In this document: positions 11,707-24,416 of the stretch, piece by piece | Layout of the letters: every line of letters begins with the position of its first letter | Numbering within the stretch: the stretch's first letter is position 1 | DNA from: Octopus sinensis | Lineage: Eukaryota | Assembly (NCBI RefSeq): GCF_006345805.1 | Contig: NC_043013.1 | Span: 8,122,001-8,186,000 of the forward strand | Length of the DNA: 64,000 nucleotides | Direction of reading: 5' to 3' | The notes under the pieces: generated by a model | Told to the model about the DNA's origin: nothing | Database searches by the model: none | Seen by the model: only the letters and a program-made list of their open reading frames with translations | Position numbers and translations under genes: made by a program

Positions 11707-12492
11707 TAATTGAGATCACTTTAAAACGGAGTTTGTATCATAGAACAATTCTATGAAAGAGCAGGTTTCAAGTGGGTTAGTATGAAAAGTATTAAAAGAA
11801 AGTTCAGTTGTTATTTACCAATTCAGCAACTATGTAGAGATACCCCAGTGTGAGCTTAGTGTCTGGTGCTATAGTACTACTTTAGTCACTGTGTAAAAGG
11901 TTCCTACATGGTCTGGTATCTGTTTATTTATTGGTATTCAGTTCATATATGACTTGTATTTGTATATGTTCTCACCAAGAAATACTCGACTCTGGACCAT
12001 CAGACAGTTCTTTTTATATTTTTTGGTATTTTTGGTATTTTTCGTATTTTTTTTCCTCATGGTTGTTTGACTAGACGGAATACAATGTTCAAAGCATCGG
12101 TTGTTATAAACAAATAACAATATTGAAACAACACCAGCCTATGGCTTCGTAGCTTCTTGAGATTAGGAAATCTGTTTATTTTTCTAAAGAAGAAGGAGAA
12201 GAAGGAGAAGAAGAAGAAGAAAGAGAAGGAGGAGGAGGAGGAGGAGAAGGAGGAAGAAGAAGAGTTGTTGTTGTTGTTGGTGGTGGTGGTTAGTGGTAGT
12301 GATTGTGGTGATGGTGGCATTGGCGATGGCAGTCATTGTTTACCTATAAGTCAGCTTCTGATCGAATAGATCTATAATCAAAGGCGTTCCAGATATGACC
12401 CTCCTGACTTTTGTCAAATTCAGTGTATCTGTAGCAATTATATTATATTGCCAAATGTTTCCATCCATTTTTAAGACAGTACAGTACCATTT

Positions 12493-12720
12493 GTTGAGGT
12501 GCATAGTTTAGTGGTTAGGGTGTTGGACTCATGATAGTCAGGGTGTGGTTTCAATTCCTGGACTGGGTGATGCATTGTGTTCTTGAGCAAAACACTTCAT
12601 TTCATGTTGCTCTGGTCCACTCAACTGGTAATCCTGCAATGGACTGGTATCCTGTCCAGGGAGGAATATATACCACAGAGAAACTGGGGAACTATGACGC
12701 TTACAGAGTAATGTGGACTA
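12493..12720 (+). mobile_element. degenerate SINE: family E head plus tail type 3
   Basis: TGTGTTCTTGAGCAAAACACTT body followed by GCAATGGACTGGTATCCTGTCCAGG, as in the tail at 62560-62640. Confidence 0.55.
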
Positions 12721-12904
12721 ACTAACAGGGCCATTTAATTTTTTTTTTTAGGTGGGGTGGAATTCAACTGTTATTTCTAGGAGGTCAAATGACCAACCAC
12801 ATATAAGGTGCTTTTATTGGGGCTTGGCAGCTTAATGATTTTGAGTGAAAGTAATTAGACTAAATGGCAATGCCCCAGTATGGCTGTAGTATTTGGGCAG
12901 AACA

Positions 12905-13096
12905 TGTACAGGTGGCATGTAAAAAGCACCCACTACACTCACGGAGTGGTTGGCGTTAGGAAGGGCATCCAGCTGTAGAAACATTGCCAGATAAGACTGG
13001 AGCCTGGTGCAGCCTTCTGGCTTCCCAGATCCCCGGTCGAACCGTCTAACCCATGCTAGCATGGAGAATGGACGTTAAACTATGATGATGATGATG
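12905..13096 (+). mobile_element. family D element
   Basis: Family D body with (GAT)n tail. Confidence 0.8.
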
Positions 13097-13182
13097 TAAA
13101 ATAATGTAAAGAAAAGCTTGCTTTAACTTCAGAACAGATATATAGAAAAGTTTTAAAATGCTTCACCTATCAACAGGATATA

Positions 13183-14161
13183 TTCTTTACTTGTTTCAGT
13201 CATTTGACTGCAGCCATGCTGGAGCACCGCCTTTAGTTGAGCAAATCGACCCCGGGACTTATTCTTTGTAAGCCCAGTACTTATTCTATCGGTTTCTTTT
13301 GCCGAACCGCTAAGTGACGGGGACGTAAACACACCAGCATCGGTTGTCAAGCAATGCTTGGGGGACAAACACAGACATACATACATATATATATATACAT
13401 ATATATATTTCTTTACTACCCACAAGGGGCTAAACACAGACGGGACAAACAAGGACAGACAAACGGATTAAGTCGATTATATCGACCCCAGTGTGTAACT
13501 GGTACTTAATTTATTGACCCCGAAAGGATGAAAGGCAAAGTCGACCTCGGCGGAATTTGAACTCGGAACGTGACGACAGACGAAATACAGCTACGCATTT
13601 CGCCCAGCGTGCTAATGTTCTGCCAGCTCGCCGCCTTTTCTATTTTTTTTTTTTTTTTTTTTTTGATATATATACATATATACATATATATATACATATA
13701 TATATTTCTTTACTACCCACAAGGGGCTAAACACAGACGGGACAAACAAGGACAGACAAACGGATTAAGTCGATTATATCGACCCCAGTGTGTAACTGGT
13801 ACTTAATTTATTGACCCCGAAAGGATGAAAGGCAAAGTCGACCTCGGCGGAATTTGAACTCGGAACGTGACGACAGACGAAATACATTGCTAACGTTTCT
13901 GCCAGCTCGCCGCCTTTTCTATTTTTTTTTTTTTTTTTTTTTGATATATATACATATATACATATATATACATATATACGTATATATATACATATATACG
14001 ACAGGCTTCTTTCAGTTTCCGTGTACCAAATCCACTCACAAGGCATTGGTCGGCCCGGGGCTATAGCAGAAGACACTTGCCCAAGATACCACGCAGTGGG
14101 ACTGAACCCGGAACCATGTGGTTGGTTAGCAAGCTACTTACCACACAGCCACTCCTGCGCC
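13183..14161 (-). mobile_element. composite: SINE A carrying a tandemly duplicated SINE B in its central microsatellite
   Basis: B copies at 13408-13635 and 13705-13914 (period 297). A perfect 46-bp direct repeat flanks the composite at 13136-13181 and 14169-14214. Confidence 0.85.
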
Positions 14162-14271
14162 TATATATAGATATATAGAAAAGTTTTAAAATGCTTCACC
14201 TATCAACAGGATATGGACACAAGCAATCACAAATACGTAAATAATTAAAAGGTTTATATGTTTAGCATGTA

Positions 14272-14318
<47 letters not shown>

Positions 14319-14739
14319 ATATTATAATATTTTCTTATGTATATAGGGCAGCAAGACTAAGGAATAATATAATAAAACTAAATAACTTATGGTATTTAGG
14401 TCCGGGTATATTCACAATTGAACTCATAACAGATTTGACTGTGATACTACATGTTGTTTCTCTGAGTTTGATACAGTAAGTAGCAGTAATATACTGGTAT
14501 TTATTAAATTAATTAATAGTAGTGTTGTAACCATAAAAAAAAAAACCTGACTCACCTTATTTGAGTGTGTAATAGATATAGGTTATGCAATCATAACGTG
14601 TGTGAGGAAAGGTGAAGATAATAACAGTAATATTATCCATTATGCCTGTTGTATGTCTTAAGCATATGATACGATATGTTATATGTTGCCATTTCTATCA
14701 GTATCGTACAGTATGTCAAATTGAATATATTTGCACTTA

Positions 14740-15030
14740 TGTACATACATACATACAACATACATACATACATACATATATATATATATCATACATGCAT
14801 ACATACATACATATACATACATACATACATACACACACACATACATACATACATACATACATATACATACATACATACATACATACATACATACATACAT
14901 ACATACATACACATATACAGGGCGGATCAAAAGTCTGCACCAAAACATTTGATATTTTATTCATATTATGTTGTTGTTGTTGTTGTTATTATTATCATTA
15001 TTATTATTATTTTTATTAATATTATTGTTA

Positions 15031-15073
<43 letters not shown>

Positions 15074-15122
15074 TATTATTATTATTATTATTAATATTGT
15101 TGTTGTTGTTGTTGTTGTTGTT
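14740..15122. repeat. (CATA)n then (GTT)n/(TAT)n microsatellites
   Basis: Visible directly in the sequence. Confidence 0.95.
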
Positions 15123-15124
15123 AA

Positions 15125-15337
15125 GGTGGTGAACTGGCAGAATCGTTAGCATGCCGGATGAAATGCTTAGCAGTATTTCACCCTTTGCTACATTCTGAGT
15201 TCAAATTCCGCCGAAGTTGACTTTGCCTTTCATCCTTTCAGGTCGATAGATTTAGTACCAGTAAAACACTGGAGTTGATGTAATTGGTTTGTCCCCTACC
15301 CCTCAAATTTCGGGCCTTGTGCCTTTAGTAGAAAGGA
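15125..15337 (+). mobile_element. SINE family B, alternative 3' tail
   Basis: B head and body, then ...CAAATTTCGGGCCTTGTGCCTTTAGTAGAAAGG. The same variant occurs at ~2768-2990, ~21375-21545 and ~29388-29600. Confidence 0.75.
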
Positions 15338-15417
15338 TTATTATTATTGTTAATACTCATCTTGGTTATTTCATTTATTTTATTCAATTTTAGAAATATT
15401 TCTAATATGTGTGTATT

Positions 15418-15798
15418 CTCTTTACTCTTTTACTTGTTTCAGTCATTTGACTGTGGCCATGCTGGGGCACCGGCTTTAGTCGAGCAAATTGACTCCCAGG
15501 ACTTATTCTTTGTAAGCCTAGTACTTGTTCTTTCGGTCTCTTTTGCTGAACTGCTAAGTTACGGGGACGTAGACACACCAGCATCGGTTGTCAAGCAATG
15601 TTGGGGGGAGAAACACAAACACACAATATATACACACAAATACATACATATATATATATATAATATATATATATAATATATATATACATACATATATATA
15701 TGTATATATATATATGTATATATATATATGTATATATATGTATATATATATATATATATATGTATATGTATATATATATATATGTATATATATATGTG

Positions 15799-15829
<31 letters not shown>

Positions 15830-15992
15830 CACATACATATATACGATGGGCTTCTTTCAGTTTCCTTCTACCAAATCCACTTTGGTCGGCCCGAGGCTAT
15901 AGTAGAAGACACTTGCCCAAGGTGCCACACAGTGGGATTGAACCTAGAACCATGTGGTTCATAAGCAACTTACCACACAGCCACTTTACACC
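15418..15992 (-). mobile_element. SINE family A with expanded (TA)n centre
   Basis: Family A tail and head separated by ~220 bp of TA-rich repeat. Confidence 0.8.
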
Positions 15993-16603
15993 TATATGTG
16001 TGTAATGTATATCAAATGAGTTTTTAATCTTAATGTGTAACTTTTGGCACATCCTGTGTGTATATGTGTGTGTGTATTATTTATGTGTGTATGTGTGTGT
16101 ATAGATATCTTTTGTTGGCTCTGTGTGTGTGTGTGTATGTACACATACAACTTTGAATATATGTGAAATACAGAGAAATCCTGTATCAGCAAATGGTTAA
16201 ATATTAGTTCCTTTAACCAACCATTTCTCCAACTGAGAGGGGTTTAAGGCAGTGCTGCTTAAGGGCATAGGCACATTAAGTACTTGCTCAGGGGCCTCAT
16301 AAGTTTAAGGGTCCAATGCTAATCTATACATGCCTGACTTGCTGTCAAGAAGTTAATACTATAGGGTGCAGTGCATTCTTTTAGTCAGTTGTTAAGCAGG
16401 TCCTAGTCTGGGGTATACAAAACAATAATTTGCAGGTGTGATAGTTGACAGGTGATATAAAATAATTAAGGATCTTGGTTGGAAAACTACCATTATGAAA
16501 GTTTTTTGTTCAAAAATCATATCCTTGAAAAGTTAACATGTGGGTTTAATGTAGCATGGTAAACCCAAAATAACTTTCTTTTATATATGTATTCATATAA
16601 TTA

Positions 16604-16778
16604 CAGTGTGGAAGGTGTTTATAAGCCATTTAAGAAACACTGCAGTACAAAGTTTTGTCAGTGAACAGGTCACAGTCTCAAAGCGACGAAAATATTTTGA
16701 CAAATTAAATTTAAATGTTGAAGTGAATCTAACGGCTTTGTGTGTCTCTTAAATAGCTTATAAACACCTCCCACACTG
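16604..16778. mobile_element. 175-bp MITE with 37-bp TIRs
   Basis: CAGTGTGGAAGGTGTTTATAAGCCATTTAAGAAACAC versus the reverse complement of the right end, 3 mismatches. TA on the left side only. Confidence 0.65.
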
Positions 16779-17055
16779 CTATTGTTTTCGTTCCAGCACA
16801 TGATCTCAGATCAAGTCACTTGCTATGCAAGTACATCTCTGTATTCATATATATATTCTTTTATTCTTTTATATGTTTCAGCCTTGAGGCTGCGGCCATG
16901 CTTGTTTTTCTCTCTCCAATTTTTTTTGTCTCCAACTCCCCCCCTCCTCCTTTCTGTCGAAGAGCATAGGCTGGAAACATCAAAATCTTTTCCAGTCTTC
17001 CCAAGCGTCAAACTAATGCACTTGCTTGTTGTTATTTCACCTGTCTTTGTCTTTG

Positions 17056-17796
17056 TTCTCGAGTTTCAAGCATGATGCTAGTCATCAGTCATTTTGAATT
17101 TGAATGACAGAAGTTGATTGTTATTACCATAAGGTGGGCTGCGAGTGGTCGAGAAAGGTCATATGGTGTTGTGGTTTGGTGTTGGTATACGGTTGGGAAA
17201 TACCGCATGGTGAACAGGAAATTGACCATGTGGTGGACAGGAAATAGGCCAATTTCTAATTACCACATGCTCTATTTCCTATTCGCCATGTGGTATTTCC
17301 CAACTAACTGTTATCCATATTCTGTTGTGTCTGGGGTGAGTCATTTTCTTTTTGTGCCTTATAATTTAACACACCCACCAGTAAAATTTCCACATTTTTC
17401 TTACTTTTATTCTCCTAAAATTTTTGTTGCATCTTGCAACCTTTTCAATAGTTAGAGTCAAAACTATTGAAAAGGTTGCAAGACACAAAGAAAATTTTAG
17501 GAGAATAAAAATAAGAAAAAAGTGGAAATTTTACCGTTGAGTGTGTTACATTATAAGGCACAAAAAGAAAATGACTCTCCCCAGACACAACAGAATATGC
17601 TTCAACACATGAACTCACATAAAGAATCTTACAAACCAAATCCAAAAACGAAATGTTACCCATATGTAAACATCAAACCACGACACCATCTGACCTTCCT
17701 AAACCAACCGCAGCCCACCTTATGGTAATAACAATCAACTTCTGTCATTCAAATTCAAAATGACTGATGACTAACATCACGCTTGAAACTCAAGAA
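17056..17796. mobile_element. nested foldback element (outer and inner arm pairs)
   Basis: Outer arms ~17056-17190 / ~17662-17796; inner arms 17316-17453 / 17462-17599 around an 8-nt loop. Mirrored peptides appear in ORF-track entries 17114+ and 17445-. Confidence 0.85.
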
Positions 17797-17836
17797 TACC
17801 AATGAATTTGAATCAAACTGTTTTGATCCATCCGTA

Positions 17837-17889
<53 letters not shown>

Positions 17890-18394
17890 GTGTGTGTTTG
17901 TGTTAGGCCTCAAGGACCTCTTCTGGCTAAAACACAACCTAATCATAGCTAGCACTACATCACATAGACTGGGTTTTTTTTGTTTTTTTTTTTAATAGTA
18001 GAAGGCAGTTGCTTAAGGTGGCACACAGTGGGACTGAACTTGAAATCACACGGTTGCAAAGCAAGCTTCTTAACAACACGCAAACACACATATGCACACA
18101 CGCATGTATACATACAAATGCACATACATACATACATTCATACATACATACATAGACACATACACACATACATACATACTACATACATACATACATGCAT
18201 ACATACATACATACATACATACATACATACATGCACACACATACACACACACTCACACACACACAGATAGAGGAAATAATAGATGAATAGATACAGATGT
18301 ACTGAATACAAATATTTTAGTAAGTGGAATGTCTTCTATGTATATATGTGTGTATATATGTGTGTGAGAATGTATGTCTATGTGCTCGTGTGAA

Positions 18395-18800
18395 AGTGGT
18401 GGTAAAAAGAGACGGAGGGACAGAGAGGGAGGGGCGGAAAGAGAGGAAGTGAGAGAGAGACAAAAAAGAGAGTGGGAGAGAGAGAAAAGGAGAAAGGGGA
18501 ATGAAAGAGAGAGAGAGAGAGAGTGAGAGAGAGAGAGTGAGGGAGGGATGGAGAGAGAGGAAGTGAGAGAGAGACAAAAAAGCGAGTGGGGGAGAGAGAA
18601 AAGGAGAAAGGGGAATGAAAGAGAGAGAGTGAGAGAGAGAGAGTGAGAGAGAGAGAGAGTGAGGGAGGGATGGAGAGAGAGAGAGAAAGAGAGAGAGAGA
18701 GAAAGAGAGAGAGTGAGAGAGAGAGAGAGAGAGAAAAGGAGAAAGGGGAATGAAAGAGAGAGAGAAAGAGAGAGAGTGAGAGAGAGAGTGAGAGAGAGAG
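18395..18800. repeat. GA-rich low-complexity array with ~114-136 bp higher-order duplication
   Basis: GAAAAGGAGAAAGGGGAATGAAAGAGAG recurs at ~18484, ~18598 and ~18734. Confidence 0.85.
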
Positions 18801-19402
18801 ATGTGGGAGACTAGTAACATGGAAACCGCTATTGAAAAGCGTTAATGAAAGAGTGGAAATTTGGGAGACTAATAACATCAGAGAAGGAGTGACTAATAGA
18901 GATGATAAATATTAAGGAATAATAATGTCATAATCGAGATAGGAAAACGAGAAACAAACAGTGAGAGGGAGAGAGAGAGAGAGAGAGGAGAGAGAGAAGG
19001 TGAGCAAGAGATGCATTAGTTTTAGTGGGTTGTTATGTGTTTATATGTTTTTGAACCAATTAAATGTCTGTTTGAAACCCAATCAGTAACGGTTAGCTGA
19101 ACCTCATCATAAATTTATTTATTTTATTAGTCTGTCATAGTCGTAATTACATTTTCATTTTCATCTTATTTAAACTACAGTAAAACAACAATGACTGCGG
19201 GGGGGGGGGGAACACAAGCAAAAACTAAAACGAAAGTGAAAGTAGAATGAGGCCATTGTCGGTAAGGGTACATGTATTGACCCTGTAATTCCTGGTTCTC
19301 CAGACATTCAGTGAATTAAAACGAAATTTTTAAGCTTAAACCTAATGTTTAATGTGAAATGAACATTCAACTTTCTATAAGTTCTGATTGTTGATAGTGT
19401 GT

Positions 19403-19787
19403 GGTGGAAGCACTCCGTCGGTTACGACGATGAGGGTTCCAGTTGATCCGATCAACGGAACAGCCTGCTCGTGAAATTAACATGTATGTGGCTGAGCACT
19501 CCACTGACACGTGTACCCTTAACGTAATTCTCGGGGATATTCAGCGTGACACAGAGAGTGACAAGGCCGGCCCTTTGAAATACAGGTACAACAGAAACAG
19601 GAAGTAAGAGTGAGGGAAAGTTGTGGTGAAAGAGTACAGCCGGGATCACCACCACTCCCTGCCGGAGCCTCGTGGAGCTTTAGGTGTTTCGCTCAATAAA
19701 CACTTACAATGCCCGGTCTGGGAATCGAAACCGCGATCCTACGACCGCGAGTCTGCTGCTCTAACCACTGGGCCATTGCGCCTCCAC
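19403..19787 (-). mobile_element. SINE family C (tail type 1)
   Basis: 12-bp TSD TTGATAGTGTGT at 19391-19402 and 19788-19799. Confidence 0.9.
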
Positions 19788-19913
19788 TTGATAGTGTGTA
19801 GCCCTAGGCTTGTCCATGTTTGAGTAAACTTATGACCATAGTTGTTCTAGTCATAGCTACTGTCTCAAGCATAAAAACACATATATTATATAACAGGCTT
19901 CCACACAGTTTCT

Positions 19914-20328
19914 TATTTCTTTACTGCCCACAAGGGGCCACACACAGAGGGGGCAAACAAGGACAGACAAATGGATTAAGTCGATTATATCGACCCCAGT
20001 GCATAACTGGTACTTATTTAATCGACCCCGAAAGGATGAAAGGCAAAGTCAACCTTGTCGGAATTTGAACTCAGAACATAGCAGCAGACAAAATACCTAT
20101 TTCTTTACTACCCACAAGGAGCTAAACACAGAGAGGACAAACGAGGACAGACAAACAGATTAAGTCGATTATATCGACCCCAGTGCATAACTGGTTCTTA
20201 TTTAATTGACCCCGAAAGGATGAAAGGCAAAGTCGACCTCAGCGGAATTTGAACTCAGAACGTAACGGCAGACGAAATACGGCCACGCATTTCGCCTGGC
20301 GTGCTAACGTTTCTGCCAGCTCACTTCT
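19914..20328 (-). mobile_element. SINE family B tandem dimer, inserted in a family A remnant
   Basis: Bodies start at 19916 and 20100 (period 184); a single TSD ACACAGTTTCT at 19903-19913 and 20329-20339. Confidence 0.85.
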
Positions 20329-20686
20329 ACACAGTTTCTGTCTACCAAATTCACTCACAAAGCATTGGTCAGTCAGGGGCTGTAATAGAAGACACTTATC
20401 CAAGGTGTCATACAGTGGGACTGAACCCAAAACCACGTGGTTGAAAAGCAAGCTTCTTAACCACACAGACATGCTTGTGTCCACTCAAGGTGGGCTAACT
20501 GCATGTGCACATAATAGTTTCCTATAGATTCACCTGCAAAGTGGTTGGTGTTAGGAAAGAGCATTGAACCACCAAGAAAAATTAAAACCAGACCAAAGCA
20601 GACCAGCGATGCTTGGTGCAGACCTCTGGCTTACCAGCTCCTGTCAAACCATCGAACCCATGCCAACTTGGAGGACAGATATTAAA

Positions 20687-20841
20687 TGAGGATGATGATG
20701 ATGACAATGGTAACAATGAGGATGATGGTGATGGTGAAGATGATGATGATAATGATGATGTTGATGACAATGGTAATGATGAGGATGATGGTGATGGTGA
20801 AGATGATGATGATGATGATGAGGATGATGATGATGATGATG
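20687..20841. repeat. expanded (GAT)n-derived tail of a family D element, with a 63-bp internal duplication
   Basis: GACAATGGT at 20703 and 20766; follows a degenerate D body at ~20535-20680. Confidence 0.8.
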
Positions 20842-21698
20842 ATTCACACATACCGTAATCACCATCATATACTCAAATTTTTTCTCATTACAAATGGCTC
20901 TGACTTTTATAATGGTCGGTAACAGAGGGGACACCAAGGTGTAGAAAATCTGCCTCAATAAACTGTGTCCAACCCATGCAAGCTTGTGAAAGTGGGATGT
21001 TAAAAAATAAACAGAAATATAAAAACAATGACCCCTAGATATTAAATGTCGGGTTGGTAGGGTTATACTAAATTACGGAATAGTTTCAGGAAGTAGTGAT
21101 CGTCAACAAATATATGTATTTATCTGAGAATATTTAATTAAATTATCTGGTGGTATCTACTTTGTATTCAACATATTATGTGTTCTGCTATTTGCATAAT
21201 TACATATATTAATTGGATTTTATTTGTATACATTTTTATGGTGTTGTTTTTTTTTTTGGTGGTAGGGGCAGTCTTTATATAACAAAATTAGTACTTTCAG
21301 ATGTATATACATATAACAAAAATATATCAAAACAGAACAGTACAGCAAACATCAAAAATAAATAAATAATAATAGATTCAAATTTTGGCACAAGGCCAGC
21401 AATTTTGAAGGAGCGATAAGTCAATTAGATCAACCCCAGTGTTTGACTTGTACTTATTTTATTGACCCTGAAAGGATGAAAGACACAGTTGATCTTAGTG
21501 GAATTTGAACTCGGAATGTAAAGGTGGATGAAAATGACTCTTGGCTTCAAGTTCCTGTTTATGATACACTCAAAGACTACAGCATACACGTGATCACAAA
21601 AACACAAATTTCACAACTTGAGAAGTAAACGCAGCAATACCACTTAGCACACAGCCTCATGACAGTGACTGCTAGCTCCCACTGTGCATGCAGCCATG

Positions 21699-21718
21699 TG
21701 CTGCCATCTGTTGGCGCA
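21699..21718 (-). promoter_or_regulatory. CTCF-like motif
   Basis: The minus strand reads CCAACAGATGGCAG, one mismatch to CCASYAGRKGGCRS, in non-repetitive sequence. Motif match only. Confidence 0.25.
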
Positions 21719-22023
21719 CTACAGAACTAGTCCAGAGACTTTTTGATACCATCTCATACTTCACCATCTGATGGCACACACACACACGCATGCACACACA
21801 CATGATAAGCTTCCTTCAGTTTCAGTCTTCCAAATTTATTCTCAAGGTTTTGGTTGGTCTGGAGCTCTAATAGAAGGCACTTGCCCAAGGTTCCATGCAG
21901 GGGAAAACTCTACTTGGAACCATGTGGCTGGGAAGCAAACATTTTACCACACAACCACACCTGTGTCTATATATTACTATCATCAATTCACACATAACCA
22001 CTTTATTTATATATATATATGTT

Positions 22024-22723
22024 GAGCTGCTGAGACCCCCTTTGGTCATGATTGACCATGAGATTGCACCTAGAAAGTTACCCTCCCAGGCACAAGTCTG
22101 GTAAGGTTGTTTATGGAAAACCAGCAGTCGCCCATGCATACTGGCCTCCCGTCTCCACATCACCAGTGTTATCCAAGGGAAAGGCAAAGGCTGATATAGC
22201 TTAGCACTTGTGAAGTTGCAACTCATTTCTACAGCTGAGTGAACTGGGGCAACATGAAATAAAGTGTCTTGCTCAAGAACACAACACACAGCCCAGTCTG
22301 GGATTCAAACTCACAAACTCACGATTGTAAGCTCGACGCTCTAACTACTGAGCCATGCACCTTCACATAAATTAAAGTGCTGAGTGCTGAGACCCCCTTT
22401 GGTCATGACTGACCATGGGATTGCACCTAGAAACTTATCCTCCTAGGCACAAGTCCGGGAAGGTTGTGCATAGAAGACCAGCAGTTGCCCATGCATACCA
22501 GCCTCCCCTCTCCATGCCACCAGTGTTATCCAAGGGAAAGGCAAAGGCCAATACAGCTTGGCACCTGTGACATCGCAACTCATTTCTACAGCTGAGTGAA
22601 CTGGAGCAACATGAAATAAAGTGTCTTGCTCAAGAACACAACACACAGCCCGGTCCGGGATTCAAGCTCACAACCTGATGATCGTAAGCTCGACACTCTA
22701 ACCACTGAGCCATGCACCTTCAC
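22024..22723 (-). mobile_element. two head-to-tail copies of tRNA-derived SINE family E
   Basis: Copies at 22024-22366 and 22381-22723; head GTGAAGGTGCATGGCTCAGTGGTTAGAG..., CORE/V-like body TGTGTTCTTGAGCAAGACACTT. Confidence 0.85.
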
Positions 22724-22730
22724 TATATGT

Positions 22731-23158
22731 TTACTCTTTACTCTTTTTTACTCTTTTATACTCTTTTACTTGTTTCAGTCATTTGACTGCGGCCATGCTG
22801 GAGCACCGCCTTTAATCGAGCAAATCGACCCCGGGACTTATTCTTTGTAAGGCCAGTACTTATTATATCGGTCTCTTTTTGCCGAACCGCTAAGTGACGG
22901 GGACGTAAACACACCAGCATCGGTTGTCAAGCAATGCTAGGGGGACAAATACAGACACACAAACACACACACAAACATATATATATACATATATACGACG
23001 GGCTTCTTTCAGTTTCCGTCTACCAAATTCACTCACAAGGCTTTGGTCGGCCCGAGGCTATAGTAGAAGACACTTGCCCAAGGTGCCACGCAGTTGGACT
23101 GAACCCGGAACCATGTGGTTGGTAAACAAGCTACTTACCACACAGCCACTCCTGTGCC
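22731..23158 (-). mobile_element. SINE family A, full length
   Basis: High similarity to other family A copies. Confidence 0.9.
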
Positions 23159-23847
23159 TATATATGTTTATATATATCTTTTTACAAAAACCAATATAAC
23201 ATTGACATAATCACTACTGAGCTTGGTGCAGTCTCCTGGTTTAGCAGTTCTTTTAGAAAACAGTTTTGGAATGGTGGTAGTGATGATGATGATGATGATG
23301 AACATAATCACCGCTAATTTTAAAACTCAAATGCATAAAACACACTCAATAAAATAAATAAAAAGAATCATTAAAATTCAATGTTCATAAAATGAGTTAA
23401 TAATTAAAAAAAAAAAACCCCATCAAAGTTTGTAACATCGTCTGATTCTGTAAATAACTCCAACCATACATTTTTATTTAGTTTTTCTTTGCTTGCGACT
23501 TTACATGCAGTGTTGTTGTAATATATATATGCTTACGGGGTTTCATAGTTGCAGGTAATGAATTGTGCACATTAAGCATTTCATGTCTCAGGCCTACCTA
23601 TCTTTAGTATTTTCATTTCCATAGGTTTGTTGCATTTATATATTTTTCAACTCAAGCATAATGCTGCTAGGACCAGATTAAGACCCATACAGCTCTTAAA
23701 ATATTTTGGTGTCCCCGTATATATATATGTAATTCGAAATGTAAACATTAATAAACCGTAAAATAAAATTTTTGTTTTTAAAAATGTAACAAAACTAACA
23801 GTAAGATGGAGAGTAATGGTTATTTTTGTATACTTTGACTTTTTTTT

Positions 23848-24180
23848 TATTTGAACAGTTTTCTGCTTTTTTTAATTGCAAAGTCTTTGATCAAATCCTG
23901 ATTACGACGCCATGCACACTTTGAAATTATATTTCCAATCATATAAACCACATTGAATATTACTTCAGCAAGTTTAAAATGATTTCTTTTGTGCCATAAA
24001 CCATTTACCATCTCTGTGGTAAAGGGTGTACAGCATAAAAAGAATCACTTTAAACTGGCTTAAATAATATTCAACATGGTTTATATGATCAAAAATATAA
24101 TTTCAAAGTGTTCTTGGTGTCATAATGAGGATCTGATCAAAAACTTTGCAATTAAAAGAAAGTAGAAAACTTTTCAAATA
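23848..24180. mobile_element. palindromic MITE-like element, ~150-bp diverged arms
   Basis: 23848-23998 versus 24029-24180, roughly 80% identical as reverse complements; TA at both ends; small TTTACCA/TGGTAAA hairpin in the spacer. Confidence 0.75.
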
Positions 24181-24416
24181 TGAATGAAGTATTTACATAT
24201 ATAGACACAGGCATGGCTGTGTGGTAAGAAGCTTGCTTCCCAACCACATGGCTCCAGGTTCAGTCCCACTGCTTTGCACCTTCGGCAAGTGTCTTCTACT
24301 ATAGCCTCAAGCTGACCAAAGCTTTGTGAGTTGATTTGGTAGACAAAAACTATATATATATATGTGTATATATATATATATGTATAAGGGTGAAAAGGAA
24401 CACACGAGTTGATATA

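Noticed and set aside
14917-14945. TA-CAGGGCGGATCAAAAGTC, resembling a Tc1 TIR
   Set aside because: No matching second terminus found.
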